Below are positions 13,189-24,289 of a stretch of 64,000 nt of DNA, piece by piece. The position numbers and the translations under genes were made by a program. This DNA is from an uncultured Chloroflexia bacterium (lineage in GTDB: Bacteria; Chloroflexota; Limnocylindria; Limnocylindrales; CSP1-4): NCBI GenBank assembly GCA_963716025.1, contig CAVQSY010000068.1:2108-66107 (forward strand), given 5' to 3'. Every line of letters begins with the position of its first letter. The stretch's first letter is position 1. A model generated the notes under the pieces. The model saw only the letters and a list, made by a program, of their open reading frames with translations, had not been told where the DNA came from and did no database searches.

Positions 13189-14420
13189 CCGCCTGACGGC
13201 GGCCCGGCTGTTGCTGCGGGTCGAGGCCGGCGCCTACTCGACGCGGCTGCTGGGCGGCGCGGCACATCCGGGTGTTCGCGTCCGGGTGCTCGGCGTGCTG
13301 CGCTGGCAGCTCTCTCTGGACCGGGCCCTCGAGGGTCGCGTCCGACGACCCGTTCCCGATCTCGACCCGGAGGTCCGCGTGACGTTGCGTCTCGAACTTC
13401 ACGACGGCGCCATCCTCGGCGTCCCCTGGCCGGTGGCGGTTGACGCCGCCGTGCGCCTGGTGCGCCGGCTCGGGCGGTCGTCGGCATCGGGGATGGTCAA
13501 CGCCGTGCTGCGCCGCGCCGGTCCCGAGCTCGATCGTCTGCTGTTTCACGGATCTCCCGCAGAGCGCTCGTCACACCCGGAACGGCGGTGGAAAGGCGGC
13601 GGAGCATCGGGACCGAGGGCTTCGGCGACGGCGGCTTTCGAGGCCGATCAGCGGCCGGCCGATCTGTGGGTCTGTGGCGCACCCCGGCCGCCGGATCGAC
13701 GCACGGCGCGCCGCCGGACGAGTGCCTCGAACCCCACCCGTGGCGCCCCTGGGCGCGCGCGTTCCGAGGGCCCGGTCGGTCGTCTGATCGACCGGGTTGC
13801 CGACGGTCGCGCCTATGCCCAGGACCCGAGCTCGCAGCTCGTGGCCCTGGTCGCGCTGGCCGCCGCTCCCGATGCCGCGACGATCGTCGACCTCTGTGCA
13901 GCGCCTGGCGGCAAGGCCGCGCTGATGGCCGCCCGTCGGCCCGGCGCGCGTCTGCTGGCGCTCGACCGGCATCTCGGCCGGAGCCGTCTCGTCGCGGGTC
14001 TGCTGCCGGGGGGTCGTGGCACGGCCGATGCCACCGCGCCGCCTCTCGCCGCCCGTTCGGTCGACCTCGTGCTCTGACGCGCCATGCTCCGGGCAGCGGC
14101 ACCCTGCGCCGCCACCCCGAGCTGCGCTGGCGGTTGTCGCGGAAGGTATCGCCGAGATGGCGGGCGTCCAGGCGCGCCTCCTCGCGTCGGCCCGTGAGGT
14201 CGTGCGGGCCGGTGGCGTGCTCGTCTACGCGACCTGCTCGGTCGAACCCGAGGAGAACGAGTGCCTCTTCGATCCGATCCCCACGGGCTTCGAGTCGGTC
14301 GACCTGCTGCCCCTGCTGCCCCCGTGCTGCCCGGCGCGTCCCACCGCGGCCGGCGGCGTCCGCATCCTGCCCCGCCCGGAGGCCGACGGCTTCACCATCC
14401 ACGCCCTGCGGCGGATGTGA
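13172..14420 (+). pseudogene. rsmB: RsmB/Sun methyltransferase, arm B copy, 2-3 frameshifts
   Basis: ORF 13154..14077 contains ...AYAQDPSSQLVALV...DLCAAPGGKAALMAA. ORF 14016..14420 contains ...VYATCSVEPEENE...FTIHALRRM* . Confidence 0.7.
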
Positions 14421-14499
14421 TGGAGGTTGCGTGTTGCGAGGGCTCAGGAATCAGGACATCAGCACCAACCGCTGAGGCGCTGAGCCCGTCAGAGGGGCG

Positions 14500-16451
<1,952 letters not shown>

Positions 16452-16574
16452 GGCCGCGTAGCATACCGGATGCCCGGGCGAAGGGCACCTGTCCGGGTAG
16501 CAGGGGGTCACTCGCCCGGCAGCCGTCCCAGAAAGCTGGTACGAGGGCCTTGACCTCAGCTCAACGCGAACCGA

Positions 16575-16600
16575 CCCCCTGACCCCTGACCCCTGACCCC
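16575..16600 (-). repeat. Mirror copy of the GGGGTCA heptamer array (G-rich on the minus strand)
   Basis: The plus strand reads CCCCCTGACCCCTGACCCCTGACCCC. Confidence 0.85.
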
Positions 16601-16650
16601 TTCGCCCGGGTATCATGGTGCTGCGGAGATGCGGCGACGGAGGTGATGGG

Positions 16651-17127
16651 ATGCGTACTTCGATGGCGGTGCTGATGCTGCTGGTGCTCGCGGCGGCCGC
16701 CCAGGCCGCGGCCGCCGACGGCGATGCCATTCTCGGTCTGTGGGCGACCGAGCCCGACGCCGAGGACGGCAACGGTCACGTCGAGATCTTCAAGCAGGAT
16801 GGCAAGTACTACGGCCGCCTCGTGTGGTTGGAGAAGCCCGAGTACGCCGCCGACGACGATCAGGGGATGGGGGGGCAGACCAAGATCGATCGCGAGAATT
16901 CGGACGAGGGCCTGCAGGCGCGCCCGCTCATCGGGCTGCTCGTCATGGAGGGTTTCGTCTTTGACGGGGACGACCTCTGGCACAAGGGCACGATCTACGA
17001 CCCGGACAATGGCAAGACCTACAAGTGCAAGGTGCGCCTCGGTGACCACGGCGAGTTGCGCGTGCGCGGGTACATCGGAGTGTCGCTGCTCGGCCGCAGC
17101 TCGACCTGGACCCGCGTGTTGCCGTAG
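16651..17127 (+). CDS. DUF2147-like secreted protein, intact
   Basis: Signal peptide MRTSMAVLMLLVLAAAAQAAAA, then GLW...GKYYGRLVWL...GTIYDPDNGKTYKCKVRL...LRVRGY, typical of DUF2147. Confidence 0.65.
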   Translation: MRTSMAVLMLLVLAAAAQAAAADGDAILGLWATEPDAEDGNGHVEIFKQDGKYYGRLVWLEKPEYAADDDQGMGGQTKIDRENSDEGLQARPLIGLLVMEGFVFDGDDLWHKGTIYDPDNGKTYKCKVRLGDHGELRVRGYIGVSLLGRSSTWTRVLP

Positions 17128-17134
17128 GTTCTGA

Positions 17135-17545
17135 ATGGCCGAGCCTCGACCGCTTCAGCGGATACTGGTGGCGGAGGATGATCCGGACATCCGGGATGTG
17201 CTCTGGCTCGCCTTGGAGCGTCTGGGGGGCTTCGAGGTTCACATGTGCGGCAGCGGCACCGAGGCGCTCGAGAAACTCCGGATGATCGCTCCCGATCTGG
17301 TGATACTCGACGTGATGATGCCGGGCATGGACGGGCCGTCGGTGGCGGCGGCGATCCGAAACCTCGACAGCGATCGCGAGCTGCCGGTCGTTTTTCTGAC
17401 GGCTCGAGCGCTTGAGGAGGATGTCCAGCACCTGCTCACCGTCGGGTCGATCGGTGTGATTCGTAAACCTTTCGATCCGCTGACTCTGGCGGAGCGAGTC
17501 CGAGAGCTCTGGGGGGCGTCTCAGAGCCGTCGAGCGGCCGAATGA
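17135..17545 (+). CDS. Single-domain CheY-like response regulator, intact
   Basis: ILVAEDDPDIR...DLVILDVMMPGMDG...VVFLTA...GVIRKPFDP. Confidence 0.85.
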   Translation: MAEPRPLQRILVAEDDPDIRDVLWLALERLGGFEVHMCGSGTEALEKLRMIAPDLVILDVMMPGMDGPSVAAAIRNLDSDRELPVVFLTARALEEDVQHLLTVGSIGVIRKPFDPLTLAERVRELWGASQSRRAAE

Positions 17546-17615
17546 TCCGGCCGCGACGGACTCGAAGCCGACTATGATGATCCTGGATCGACTCAACGGA
17601 GGAGTGCCCCAGGCC

Positions 17616-18605
17616 ATGACGCCCAGAACTCGTGGAACCGCCGGGTGGGTCGCGGCGGTGAAGTGGTGGCAGCTGTGTCTGGCGGTGGCGCTCGCGGCCA
17701 TCGCTGGTTGCGGCGAGCCGGTCGCGACCCCGTCGGCGCCGACCGCCGACGCCGCTCCGACCGGAGTGCTGACGATCGGTTCGGTGTCGCTCGAGCCGGC
17801 CCGCGAGCACGCCAAGGTGATGGCGTTCGCCGAGGAGCTGGTGTCGCGTCTGCACCCGGTCGGGATCGGTCGGGCTCGGGTCGTCGTCGAGTCTTCACTG
17901 GGTGCGATCGCGGCACGCATCGGCCAGGGGGAGGTCGATCTCTACCTGGACAGCCCCTTCCCGGTCAGCTGGGTGGTTCACGAGACCGGCGCCCGCCCGT
18001 TGCTCCGGCGCCTCAAACAGGGTGAAGCCTCGTACCGCAGCGTCCTCTTCGCGCGTCGTGACTCGGGCCTGCAGTCGATCGAGGATCTCCGTGGCCATGT
18101 CATCGCATTCGGTGAGCCGTTCTCGACGTCCAGCTTTCTGCTGCCAAAGGCGAGCCTCGTCGAGCGGGGACTGCAACTGGAGCGCTACGAGGATCCGGCC
18201 GCCGACGTCCCGGACGATGTCATCGGCTACGTGTTCTCGAACGACTCGGAGAACACGATGATGTGGGTTCTCAAACACCGGATCGTGGCAGGAGCGGTCA
18301 ACGCCGACTACTTCGAGTACATGGCCGGAGAACGGCGAAGCGAGCTGATCGTGCTCCTCGAGTCCGAAGATGTGCCTCGAAACATCGTCTGCTGCCGCCG
18401 CGACCTGCCGGCGGAGGTGCGCGATGCCATCGAGGTGGCGCTGCTCGACCTCCATCGCGACGAGAAGGGGCGTCAGGCGCTGCTGCGGTTCGAGGAGACG
18501 GCTCGATTCGATCGGTTCCCGGTCGATCCCGAGGAGGCCCTGGCTCGGGTTTCCGCACTGCTGCCATTCGTCGAAGACGATCTGGGCGGGCAGGTGCGAC
18601 GGTGA
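17616..18605 (+). CDS. PhnD-like (phosphonate/phosphate ABC-type) periplasmic binding lipoprotein
   Basis: Lipobox LAAIAGC. YRSVLFARRDSGLQSIEDLRGHVIAFGEPFSTSSFLLPK and AGAVNADYFEYM resemble the PhnD-family fold. The 5' end may instead be at 17574. Confidence 0.6.
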   Translation: MTPRTRGTAGWVAAVKWWQLCLAVALAAIAGCGEPVATPSAPTADAAPTGVLTIGSVSLEPAREHAKVMAFAEELVSRLHPVGIGRARVVVESSLGAIAARIGQGEVDLYLDSPFPVSWVVHETGARPLLRRLKQGEASYRSVLFARRDSGLQSIEDLRGHVIAFGEPFSTSSFLLPKASLVERGLQLERYEDPAADVPDDVIGYVFSNDSENTMMWVLKHRIVAGAVNADYFEYMAGERRSELIVLLESEDVPRNIVCCRRDLPAEVRDAIEVALLDLHRDEKGRQALLRFEETARFDRFPVDPEEALARVSALLPFVEDDLGGQVRR

Positions 18606-20365
18606 TCCGCCGGCTCTCGTTGTACTGGCGGATCCTGGCGGTGGTGGCGGTATTCGTGCTCGGCTTCGGCGTCGTCGTGGCGTTGCTGGCGGTTCGACTC
18701 CAGTCGGACCGCCTGCGCAGCGAGCTGGTCGAGCGTGGTCGGCTCCTGACAGCAGTCGCTGCCGCCAATGCCACGGACGCCCTCGTGCTGCTCGAGATCC
18801 AGGAGCTGCGAGGCATGCTTGGCGAGCTGCGGGCGCAACCCAGCGTCATCGATGCTTTGGCGTTCGACGAGGAATGTCGGGTGTTGACCGACGGGACCTT
18901 TGACAACCTGCGCCGCCACGAGAAGGTGAGCGAGGCCGAGTGCGGGCATGCGATGGTCGGTGGCGACACCATGGTCGCGATGGGCAAAGACGCGCTGGTT
19001 CTGACCCGGCCGGTGCTGGTGGGAGGCGAGCTGCGGGGCGGGGTGAGGGTGGTGTTCTCGATGGACTCGCTGGCGCGAGAGCGGGCGCTGCTGGCCCGGC
19101 GGACGGCACTCGCTGGGATCGCCTTCGTGCTCTTGGGGGTGGTGGTGTCGACGTTCGTGGCGCGTACGATCACCCGGCCCCTGGCTCGACTATCCGACGC
19201 AATCGGGGTCGTCAGCGGGGGCGAGACGCCGCCACCGATCCCGGTCGAAGCCCGGGACGAGGTCGGCCAGCTGGTCGAGGCGTTCAACGAGATGACTCGA
19301 CGGCTGCGGGAGACCACCGTGTCCCGAGACTCTCTACGCCAGGTGCTGCGAAACATGGGCGAGGCCATCGTGGTCATTGAGCCCGACGGGTGTATTCGGC
19401 GCATCAATCCGGCAACCTGTTTCCTGCTCGGCTACGCCGAGAACGAGCTCGAAGGGCGTGCGTTCACCCAGTTGCTGGTCGGTGGCGACGAGCCCGACCC
19501 CCTGGCGACCGCCTTTGCCAGACGCGAGTCGGCGCATGGTGTCTCGAGCCGATTGCGGTCGCGGATCGGAGAATTGGTGCCAGTGCTGGCTTCGTTCTCG
19601 GTCATGCGTCGTGACATCGGTGAGCTCGACGGATTCGTCTGCATCGCCCGGGACCAGCGCGAGTTGCTCCAGGCCGAGCGTCTGAAGGACGAGTTCCTGT
19701 CGGTGGTCAACCACGAGCTGCGCACGCCGCTGACATCGATTCGCGGCTCGTTGGGCCTGCTCAAAGGCGGCGTGGCCGGCGCCCTCGGACCGGAGGCCCT
19801 CGACCTTGTCGAGCTCGCCGACCGAAACGGCGAGCGTCTCCAGCGTCTCATCGACGATCTCCTGGACAGTCACAGGATCGAGGTCGGCGAGATGCCCTTC
19901 CGATTCGAGGAGGCCACGATCGGGCCGATCGTCAGCCGGTCGATTGACGTGGTCCGGGGGCTCGAGGCGCGCTACGGGGTGCGCTTTCAGCTCGACCTCG
20001 AGGCGCCCGAGGCGCGCGTGCGCGTCGATGCCGAGCGTCTCGAACAGGTGCTGGTCAACCTGCTCTCCAATGCCGCGCGGCATGCACCTACGGCGACCGC
20101 CGTACGGCTGGCCGTCGAGCCGCGCCAGGGACACCTCCGGATCGCCGTCTCCGACTCCGGTCCCGGGATCCCGGTCTCGTTCCGGCCCCGGGTCTTCGAG
20201 AAGTTCGCCCAGGCCGAAGGCTCGGATCACCGTCGCGCCGACGGCTCCGGGCTCGGGCTGGCGATCTCCCGTGCCATCGTGAAGCGCCTCGGTGGAGAGA
20301 TCGGCTTCGACACCGAGGAGGGTCGGGGCACGACGTTCTGGGTAGATCTTCCGGTCATCAGCTGA
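18602..20365 (+). CDS. Sensor histidine kinase (TM-HAMP-PAS-HisKA-HATPase)
   Basis: The GTG start overlaps the upstream stop (GTGA at 18602-18605). HAMP: PLARLSDAIGVVSGG...VGQLVEAFNEM. H-box: NHELRTPLTSIRG. N and G boxes: LLSNAARH, DSGPGIP, GSGLGLAISRAIV. Confidence 0.85.
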   Translation: MIRRLSLYWRILAVVAVFVLGFGVVVALLAVRLQSDRLRSELVERGRLLTAVAAANATDALVLLEIQELRGMLGELRAQPSVIDALAFDEECRVLTDGTFDNLRRHEKVSEAECGHAMVGGDTMVAMGKDALVLTRPVLVGGELRGGVRVVFSMDSLARERALLARRTALAGIAFVLLGVVVSTFVARTITRPLARLSDAIGVVSGGETPPPIPVEARDEVGQLVEAFNEMTRRLRETTVSRDSLRQVLRNMGEAIVVIEPDGCIRRINPATCFLLGYAENELEGRAFTQLLVGGDEPDPLATAFARRESAHGVSSRLRSRIGELVPVLASFSVMRRDIGELDGFVCIARDQRELLQAERLKDEFLSVVNHELRTPLTSIRGSLGLLKGGVAGALGPEALDLVELADRNGERLQRLIDDLLDSHRIEVGEMPFRFEEATIGPIVSRSIDVVRGLEARYGVRFQLDLEAPEARVRVDAERLEQVLVNLLSNAARHAPTATAVRLAVEPRQGHLRIAVSDSGPGIPVSFRPRVFEKFAQAEGSDHRRADGSGLGLAISRAIVKRLGGEIGFDTEEGRGTTFWVDLPVIS

Positions 20366-20425
20366 ACGGCGGCCCGCCCGTGACCCGTTTACATTTCCCC
20401 CGGGTGTCCGCTACCGTCGTGGGAC

Positions 20426-21556
20426 ATGGGAATCGACGGACGTCTCAGCACGATGACCCTGCCGGATCTCCTGCAGTGGCTCGCCTCGAACGGTTCGACG
20501 GGGACGCTCGAGCTCTCGAACGGTCGCGTCGAGAAGCGGATCTTTTTCGACCACGGACACATCGTGTCGTCCGCCTCGTCCGATCCTCGGGAGTACCTCG
20601 GCCACTTTCTGGTCGGCCATCGATTCATCACCGAGCTCCAGTTGGTCGCAGCGATGCGGCAGCAGGAAGAACGTCACTCGTTGCTCGGCAAGATCCTGGT
20701 CGACCAGGGCTCGATCACGTCTGAAGACCTCGATCGCATGCTGATACTCAAGGCCGAGGAGGGGATCTTCGACCTGTTCTCGTGGTCCGACGGGGACTTT
20801 CGATTTTTGGACGGGGAGGTCCCCGTTCACCAGATGGTCCCGATCTCCCTCAACGTCACCGGCCTCTTGCTCGAGGGCATGCAACGCCTCGACGAGTGGG
20901 GACAGATCCGTGAGGTCGTGCCCAACGCGCACGCTGTCCCGGTGCGGATGACCGGGGATCTCGAGGACAACGGCGCCGCCGGAGATCGGGAGCTCGCGGT
21001 CCTCGCGCTCGTCAACGACGACCGCTGCATCGAGGAACTCTGCCTCGAGAGTCACTCGAGCGAGTTCTTCGTCGCCAAGACCATCTTCGAGGCGGCCCAG
21101 CGTGGTTCCGTCAAGGTGGTTCGCGCGCGGGCCGTCGAACGTGGGGTGGAAACCCGGGCGCCTGCACATGGAGCCGGCGGGCTGGTGGCAGCAGCCCGCG
21201 ATCACCTGCAGGCCGGCGAGCTCGAGCTCGCGCTGCGGCACCTGCAAGCGGCGACCAGTCTCGAACCTCACGACCATGAGCTTCGCGGGACGGTGCGTGA
21301 GCTTGAGACGGAGCTGCGGAAGAGGATCGTCGAGGCCGGCATCGAGCCAGGTGCGATGCCCGTGTTGGCGCGGCCGCTGGCCGAGCTGGCCGGAACCGGG
21401 CTGGCCCCGGAGGAGGGCTTCGTGCTGTCACGAATCGACGGCTCGACTGATCTCGCCTCGATCATCAAGATCTCGCCGTTGCCCGAGATCGAGGCGTTGA
21501 CGGTTTTCTGGAAGCTCGTCGATGCGGGTCACGTCCGCCTCGGTGCGTCGCCGTGA
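20426..21556 (+). CDS. DUF4388 (PATAN-type) domain protein with C-terminal helical-repeat region
   Basis: N-terminal LSTMTLPDLLQWLASNGSTGTLEL...RIFFDHGHIV is the DUF4388 signature. Intact 376-aa ORF. Confidence 0.55.
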   Translation: MGIDGRLSTMTLPDLLQWLASNGSTGTLELSNGRVEKRIFFDHGHIVSSASSDPREYLGHFLVGHRFITELQLVAAMRQQEERHSLLGKILVDQGSITSEDLDRMLILKAEEGIFDLFSWSDGDFRFLDGEVPVHQMVPISLNVTGLLLEGMQRLDEWGQIREVVPNAHAVPVRMTGDLEDNGAAGDRELAVLALVNDDRCIEELCLESHSSEFFVAKTIFEAAQRGSVKVVRARAVERGVETRAPAHGAGGLVAAARDHLQAGELELALRHLQAATSLEPHDHELRGTVRELETELRKRIVEAGIEPGAMPVLARPLAELAGTGLAPEEGFVLSRIDGSTDLASIIKISPLPEIEALTVFWKLVDAGHVRLGASP

Positions 21557-21587
21557 GCTGGGGAGGAGGAATGCGTTGGGGAGGTTG

Positions 21588-22232
21588 ATGGATCCCGAGC
21601 GTCGGCAACGGGCGAAGGAGGAGAGCGCCGAGCGAAAGGAGAGCATGCTCGAGCAGGCTCGACGGTGCTTTCTCGAGCTGCCATTCCCGGAGATCAACCT
21701 CGAGCTGATCGCCCGGCGGGCCGGAACCAAGGCCGGTTTCGCGTCGATGTACTTCGACGACCTCCACCACCTCGCGCTCGGATTTCTGCGTGAGGAGCTG
21801 GACCGCTGGTTCACCGAGCTGGAGTCGATTCTCTGCTCGGACCGGCTCGGTCGCCGGACCGCCAAGGGCGTTGCGCAGAAGATCGCTCGGGACCTGGCTT
21901 CACGCGAGCTGCTGTTGCGTCTGCTGGCGGCGATGCCGGGGCTGCTCGAGTTCGGTCTGTCGCCGACCGAGGTCTTCACGCTTCTCAGCTGGCATCGTGA
22001 CCGGTTGGGGGCTGCGGGCCGATCCATCGAACGTGCCTTCCCGCATCTCGGCGCCGGGGGCGGTGTGGCGGTCCTGTTCGAGCTCGAGCTGCAGGTCGCC
22101 GCGCTGCTTCCTCTCGCCGCACCTCGAGGCGCCCTGGCGGTGGCCCTCGGCGACCCGCAGCATGGATGGCTGCGACGCGAGCTCGCGACCGATCTCGGCG
22201 GATGGCTCGCGGCGCGCCTGACCGCGCTATGA
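21588..22232 (+). CDS. TetR/AcrR-like transcriptional regulator (tentative)
   Basis: N-terminal HTH-like MLEQARRCFLELPFPEINLELIARRAGTKAGFASMYF, with an all-helical remainder. Confidence 0.45.
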   Translation: MDPERRQRAKEESAERKESMLEQARRCFLELPFPEINLELIARRAGTKAGFASMYFDDLHHLALGFLREELDRWFTELESILCSDRLGRRTAKGVAQKIARDLASRELLLRLLAAMPGLLEFGLSPTEVFTLLSWHRDRLGAAGRSIERAFPHLGAGGGVAVLFELELQVAALLPLAAPRGALAVALGDPQHGWLRRELATDLGGWLAARLTAL

Positions 22233-22236
22233 TCTG

Positions 22237-23433
22237 ATGGTTGAGAACGTCGCCTCGGCGCTGAGGGAGAGCATGGCCGTTCGTTGCTTGGAAGATCTGA
22301 CGGAACTCCAGGATGCCAGAGTCCTGCTGCGAATCGACCTGGAGCGATTCGGTGCGGTGTCGGCCCCCATCGATGACCCGCGGCTTGTCGGGGTTTTCAC
22401 GACGGTCGACTGGCTGGCCGAGCGAGGGGCCAGAGTCACGTTGTGCGCTGATCTCGGGGGTGCTTCCGGCGCGACCGTCGCACAGTTTGCAGGATCGCTC
22501 GAGGCCGTGCTCGCACGCAGCGTCGAGGCGCTCCCGGGCTGTGCTGGCGACGATGTCGGCTCGAGGGTCGCGGGCCAGTCGCCGGAACGTGTGCTGTTGC
22601 TTGGCGATCTCGCGAACGAGGCCGGCGAGTCGACAGGCAACCCCGAGTTCGCGGCGCGACTCGCGGCACCCTTCTCCCACTTCGTGAATGACGCCTTTGC
22701 AGCGTCGCACCTCGAGGTGGCCTCGGTGATGGCTGTCGCGGGGCGGTTCCCGGACGGCCGGCGAGCCATCGGACGGGCGATGCAGACAGAGGTCGATGCC
22801 CTGGCCTGTCTCATGAGCCGGCCGGATCGCCCCAACGTGGCGGTGCTCGGTGGAGGCGGATCGGCTCGCCGCTTCCGAGCGGCTCGAGCACTGGTGGCGC
22901 GTGCTGATCGGTTCGGCGCGGTGGGTGGGATCGGCCTGGCACTGCTCGCCGCACGGGGTCACGCCGGCGCCGCCGCGGACGCTCATCCCGACGGGGTCCA
23001 GTCCGGGCTCGAGCTGCTCGAGATGGCGGCAGAGCTGCAGGTCGACGTCGTGCTCCCTTCGGACGTGCGGGTCGGGCGGTCGCGGCGGGTGCTGCCGATC
23101 GACCGGCTCACGGCCAGGAGCCGCCCGGTCGATGTCGGACCCGAAACGCTTGCCGCGGTCCGCACGCTTTTCCACGGAGCTGAAACCGCATTCTGGTGCG
23201 GCGAGACAGCGACCGTCGATGGAGCCGGCGGCAGCCGGGGTGGGGACAAGGCGATGGCGCGGGCTCTCGGTTCTGTCCCCGGGTTCAGCGTCACGGCGGG
23301 CCTGGAGACCATCGACCGGGTCGGCGGCCTGGCCCGGATGCAGAGGGTGTCGCACGTCGTCTGCGGCGGCGAGGCTGCTCTCGCCTTCATCGCCGGGGAG
23401 CGGCTCCCGGGGCTCGCGGCAATGGAGGACTGA
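22237..23433 (+). CDS. Phosphoglycerate-kinase-fold protein with degenerate catalytic motifs
   Basis: 398 aa, collinear with PGK: VLLRIDLE, LLLGDLANE, VNDAFAASHLEVAS, PNVAVLGGGGSARR, LPGLAAM. The canonical SHLGRPKG, GGAKVSDK, WNGPMGVFE and GGGDS are replaced. Confidence 0.5.
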   Translation: MVENVASALRESMAVRCLEDLTELQDARVLLRIDLERFGAVSAPIDDPRLVGVFTTVDWLAERGARVTLCADLGGASGATVAQFAGSLEAVLARSVEALPGCAGDDVGSRVAGQSPERVLLLGDLANEAGESTGNPEFAARLAAPFSHFVNDAFAASHLEVASVMAVAGRFPDGRRAIGRAMQTEVDALACLMSRPDRPNVAVLGGGGSARRFRAARALVARADRFGAVGGIGLALLAARGHAGAAADAHPDGVQSGLELLEMAAELQVDVVLPSDVRVGRSRRVLPIDRLTARSRPVDVGPETLAAVRTLFHGAETAFWCGETATVDGAGGSRGGDKAMARALGSVPGFSVTAGLETIDRVGGLARMQRVSHVVCGGEAALAFIAGERLPGLAAMED

Positions 23434-23469
23434 ACCCTCTCGGAATGCATGTCGGTCTGCTGTGGTGAG

Positions 23470-23498
23470 TTGACAGATCGGGCCTCGATCCGTATGAT
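23470..23498 (+). promoter_or_regulatory. Sigma70-type promoter for rpmG-rpmB
   Basis: TTGACA (23470-23475), 17-nt spacer, TATGAT (23493-23498), about 30 nt upstream of the rpmG ATG. A GGGGG Shine-Dalgarno-like run lies just before the start. Confidence 0.6.
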
Positions 23499-23528
23499 CC
23501 GCGGGCCTTCGGACGAAGGGGGTAGGTG

Positions 23529-23690
23529 ATGGCAGGCAAGGGACACCGAGTGATGGTGAAGCTCAAGAGCTCCGAGAGCTCCTACATTTACTACGTCAAG
23601 AAGAACAAGCAGAACACTCCCGATCGCCTCGAGCTCAAGAAGTACGATCCGATCGTGCGCAAGCACGTGACGTTCAAGGAAGCTCGTTAG
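23529..23690 (+). CDS. rpmG: 50S ribosomal protein L33
   Basis: 53 aa, [53 protein letters not shown]. Too short to appear in the ORF track. Matches the L33 pattern ...KKN..NTP.RLELKK..P..RKH.. Confidence 0.8.
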   Translation: MAGKGHRVMVKLKSSESSYIYYVKKNKQNTPDRLELKKYDPIVRKHVTFKEAR

Positions 23691-23710
23691 GCCGGGGGGG
23701 GGAGCGAACG

Positions 23711-23953
23711 ATGGCACGCTGTTGCGCCCTGACGGGCAAGAAGCCGCTGACCGGGAACCGGGTCTCCCACTCGCACCGCAAGACCAAGCGGCGCCAGCTT
23801 CCGAACATCCAGACCAAGCGTATCTTCGTGCCCGAGCTCGGTCGCTCGGTGCGGGTCCGCATCTCGACGCGCGCGCTGCGCACTGTCGATCGCAAGGGTT
23901 TGCTCGCCTTTCTCCGAGAGCAGGGCCTGTCGCTGAAAAACGTCACGCGCTGA
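23711..23953 (+). CDS. rpmB: 50S ribosomal protein L28
   Basis: [34 protein letters not shown]...[14 protein letters not shown]. Confidence 0.85.
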   Translation: MARCCALTGKKPLTGNRVSHSHRKTKRRQLPNIQTKRIFVPELGRSVRVRISTRALRTVDRKGLLAFLREQGLSLKNVTR

Positions 23954-23976
23954 CGGCGCGAGATCGCCGATCTCCC

Positions 23977-24010
23977 GAGCCGGGGCCTCTGCCCCGGCTC
24001 GTTTTCGTTG
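23977..24010 (+). terminator. Rho-independent terminator after rpmB
   Basis: GAGCCGGGGC-CTCT-GCCCCGGCTC (10-bp perfect stem, 4-nt loop) followed by GTTTTCGTTG. Confidence 0.65.
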
Positions 24011-24289
24011 TGGGACGGAGTGTGTGGTGGCCGAGCCTGCAGCAAAGTCCGTGGAGATCAACCAAGGAAGAGCTCTCAGCCTTGAGCTCACAGCCCGGGG
24101 TCGCCGATTCCTGCGAGAAGATCAGCCGGCCGACCATGGGTTCTCCGGCCGGCGTCGGCGCCTCCGCGGCCAGAGGGGTGGAGGAATGTCGAGATCTCGG
24201 GCTTCCTCCGGTTAGAATCGGAGAAGGATTCTCGGGTCGATCCTCGAAGAGGTTGCAGGAGCTGCTCCAGCGGCTCCGGGAGTTGAGGT

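Noticed and set aside
12183-13487. 434-aa ORF on the minus strand. Similar long antisense ORFs: 45298..46953(-), 21985..23355(-), 43068..44678(-), 18298..19407(-), 19334..20230(-), 32578..33675(-).
   Set aside because: They lie exactly antisense to well-supported genes (fmt/rsmB, the 521-aa protein, PGK-like, ileS/Nudix, the kinase, the helicase). Their translations are Arg/Ala/Gly/Pro-rich with no motifs. They are typical stop-poor shadow ORFs of very GC-rich DNA.
24011-24289. Possible small RNA or leader in the ~280-nt gap between the rpmB terminator and the HD-GYP gene.
   Set aside because: Only short, ordinary hairpins are visible. I did not recognise a riboswitch, 6S, tmRNA or RNase P signature, and I cannot support a call without covariance-model searches (Infernal/Rfam).
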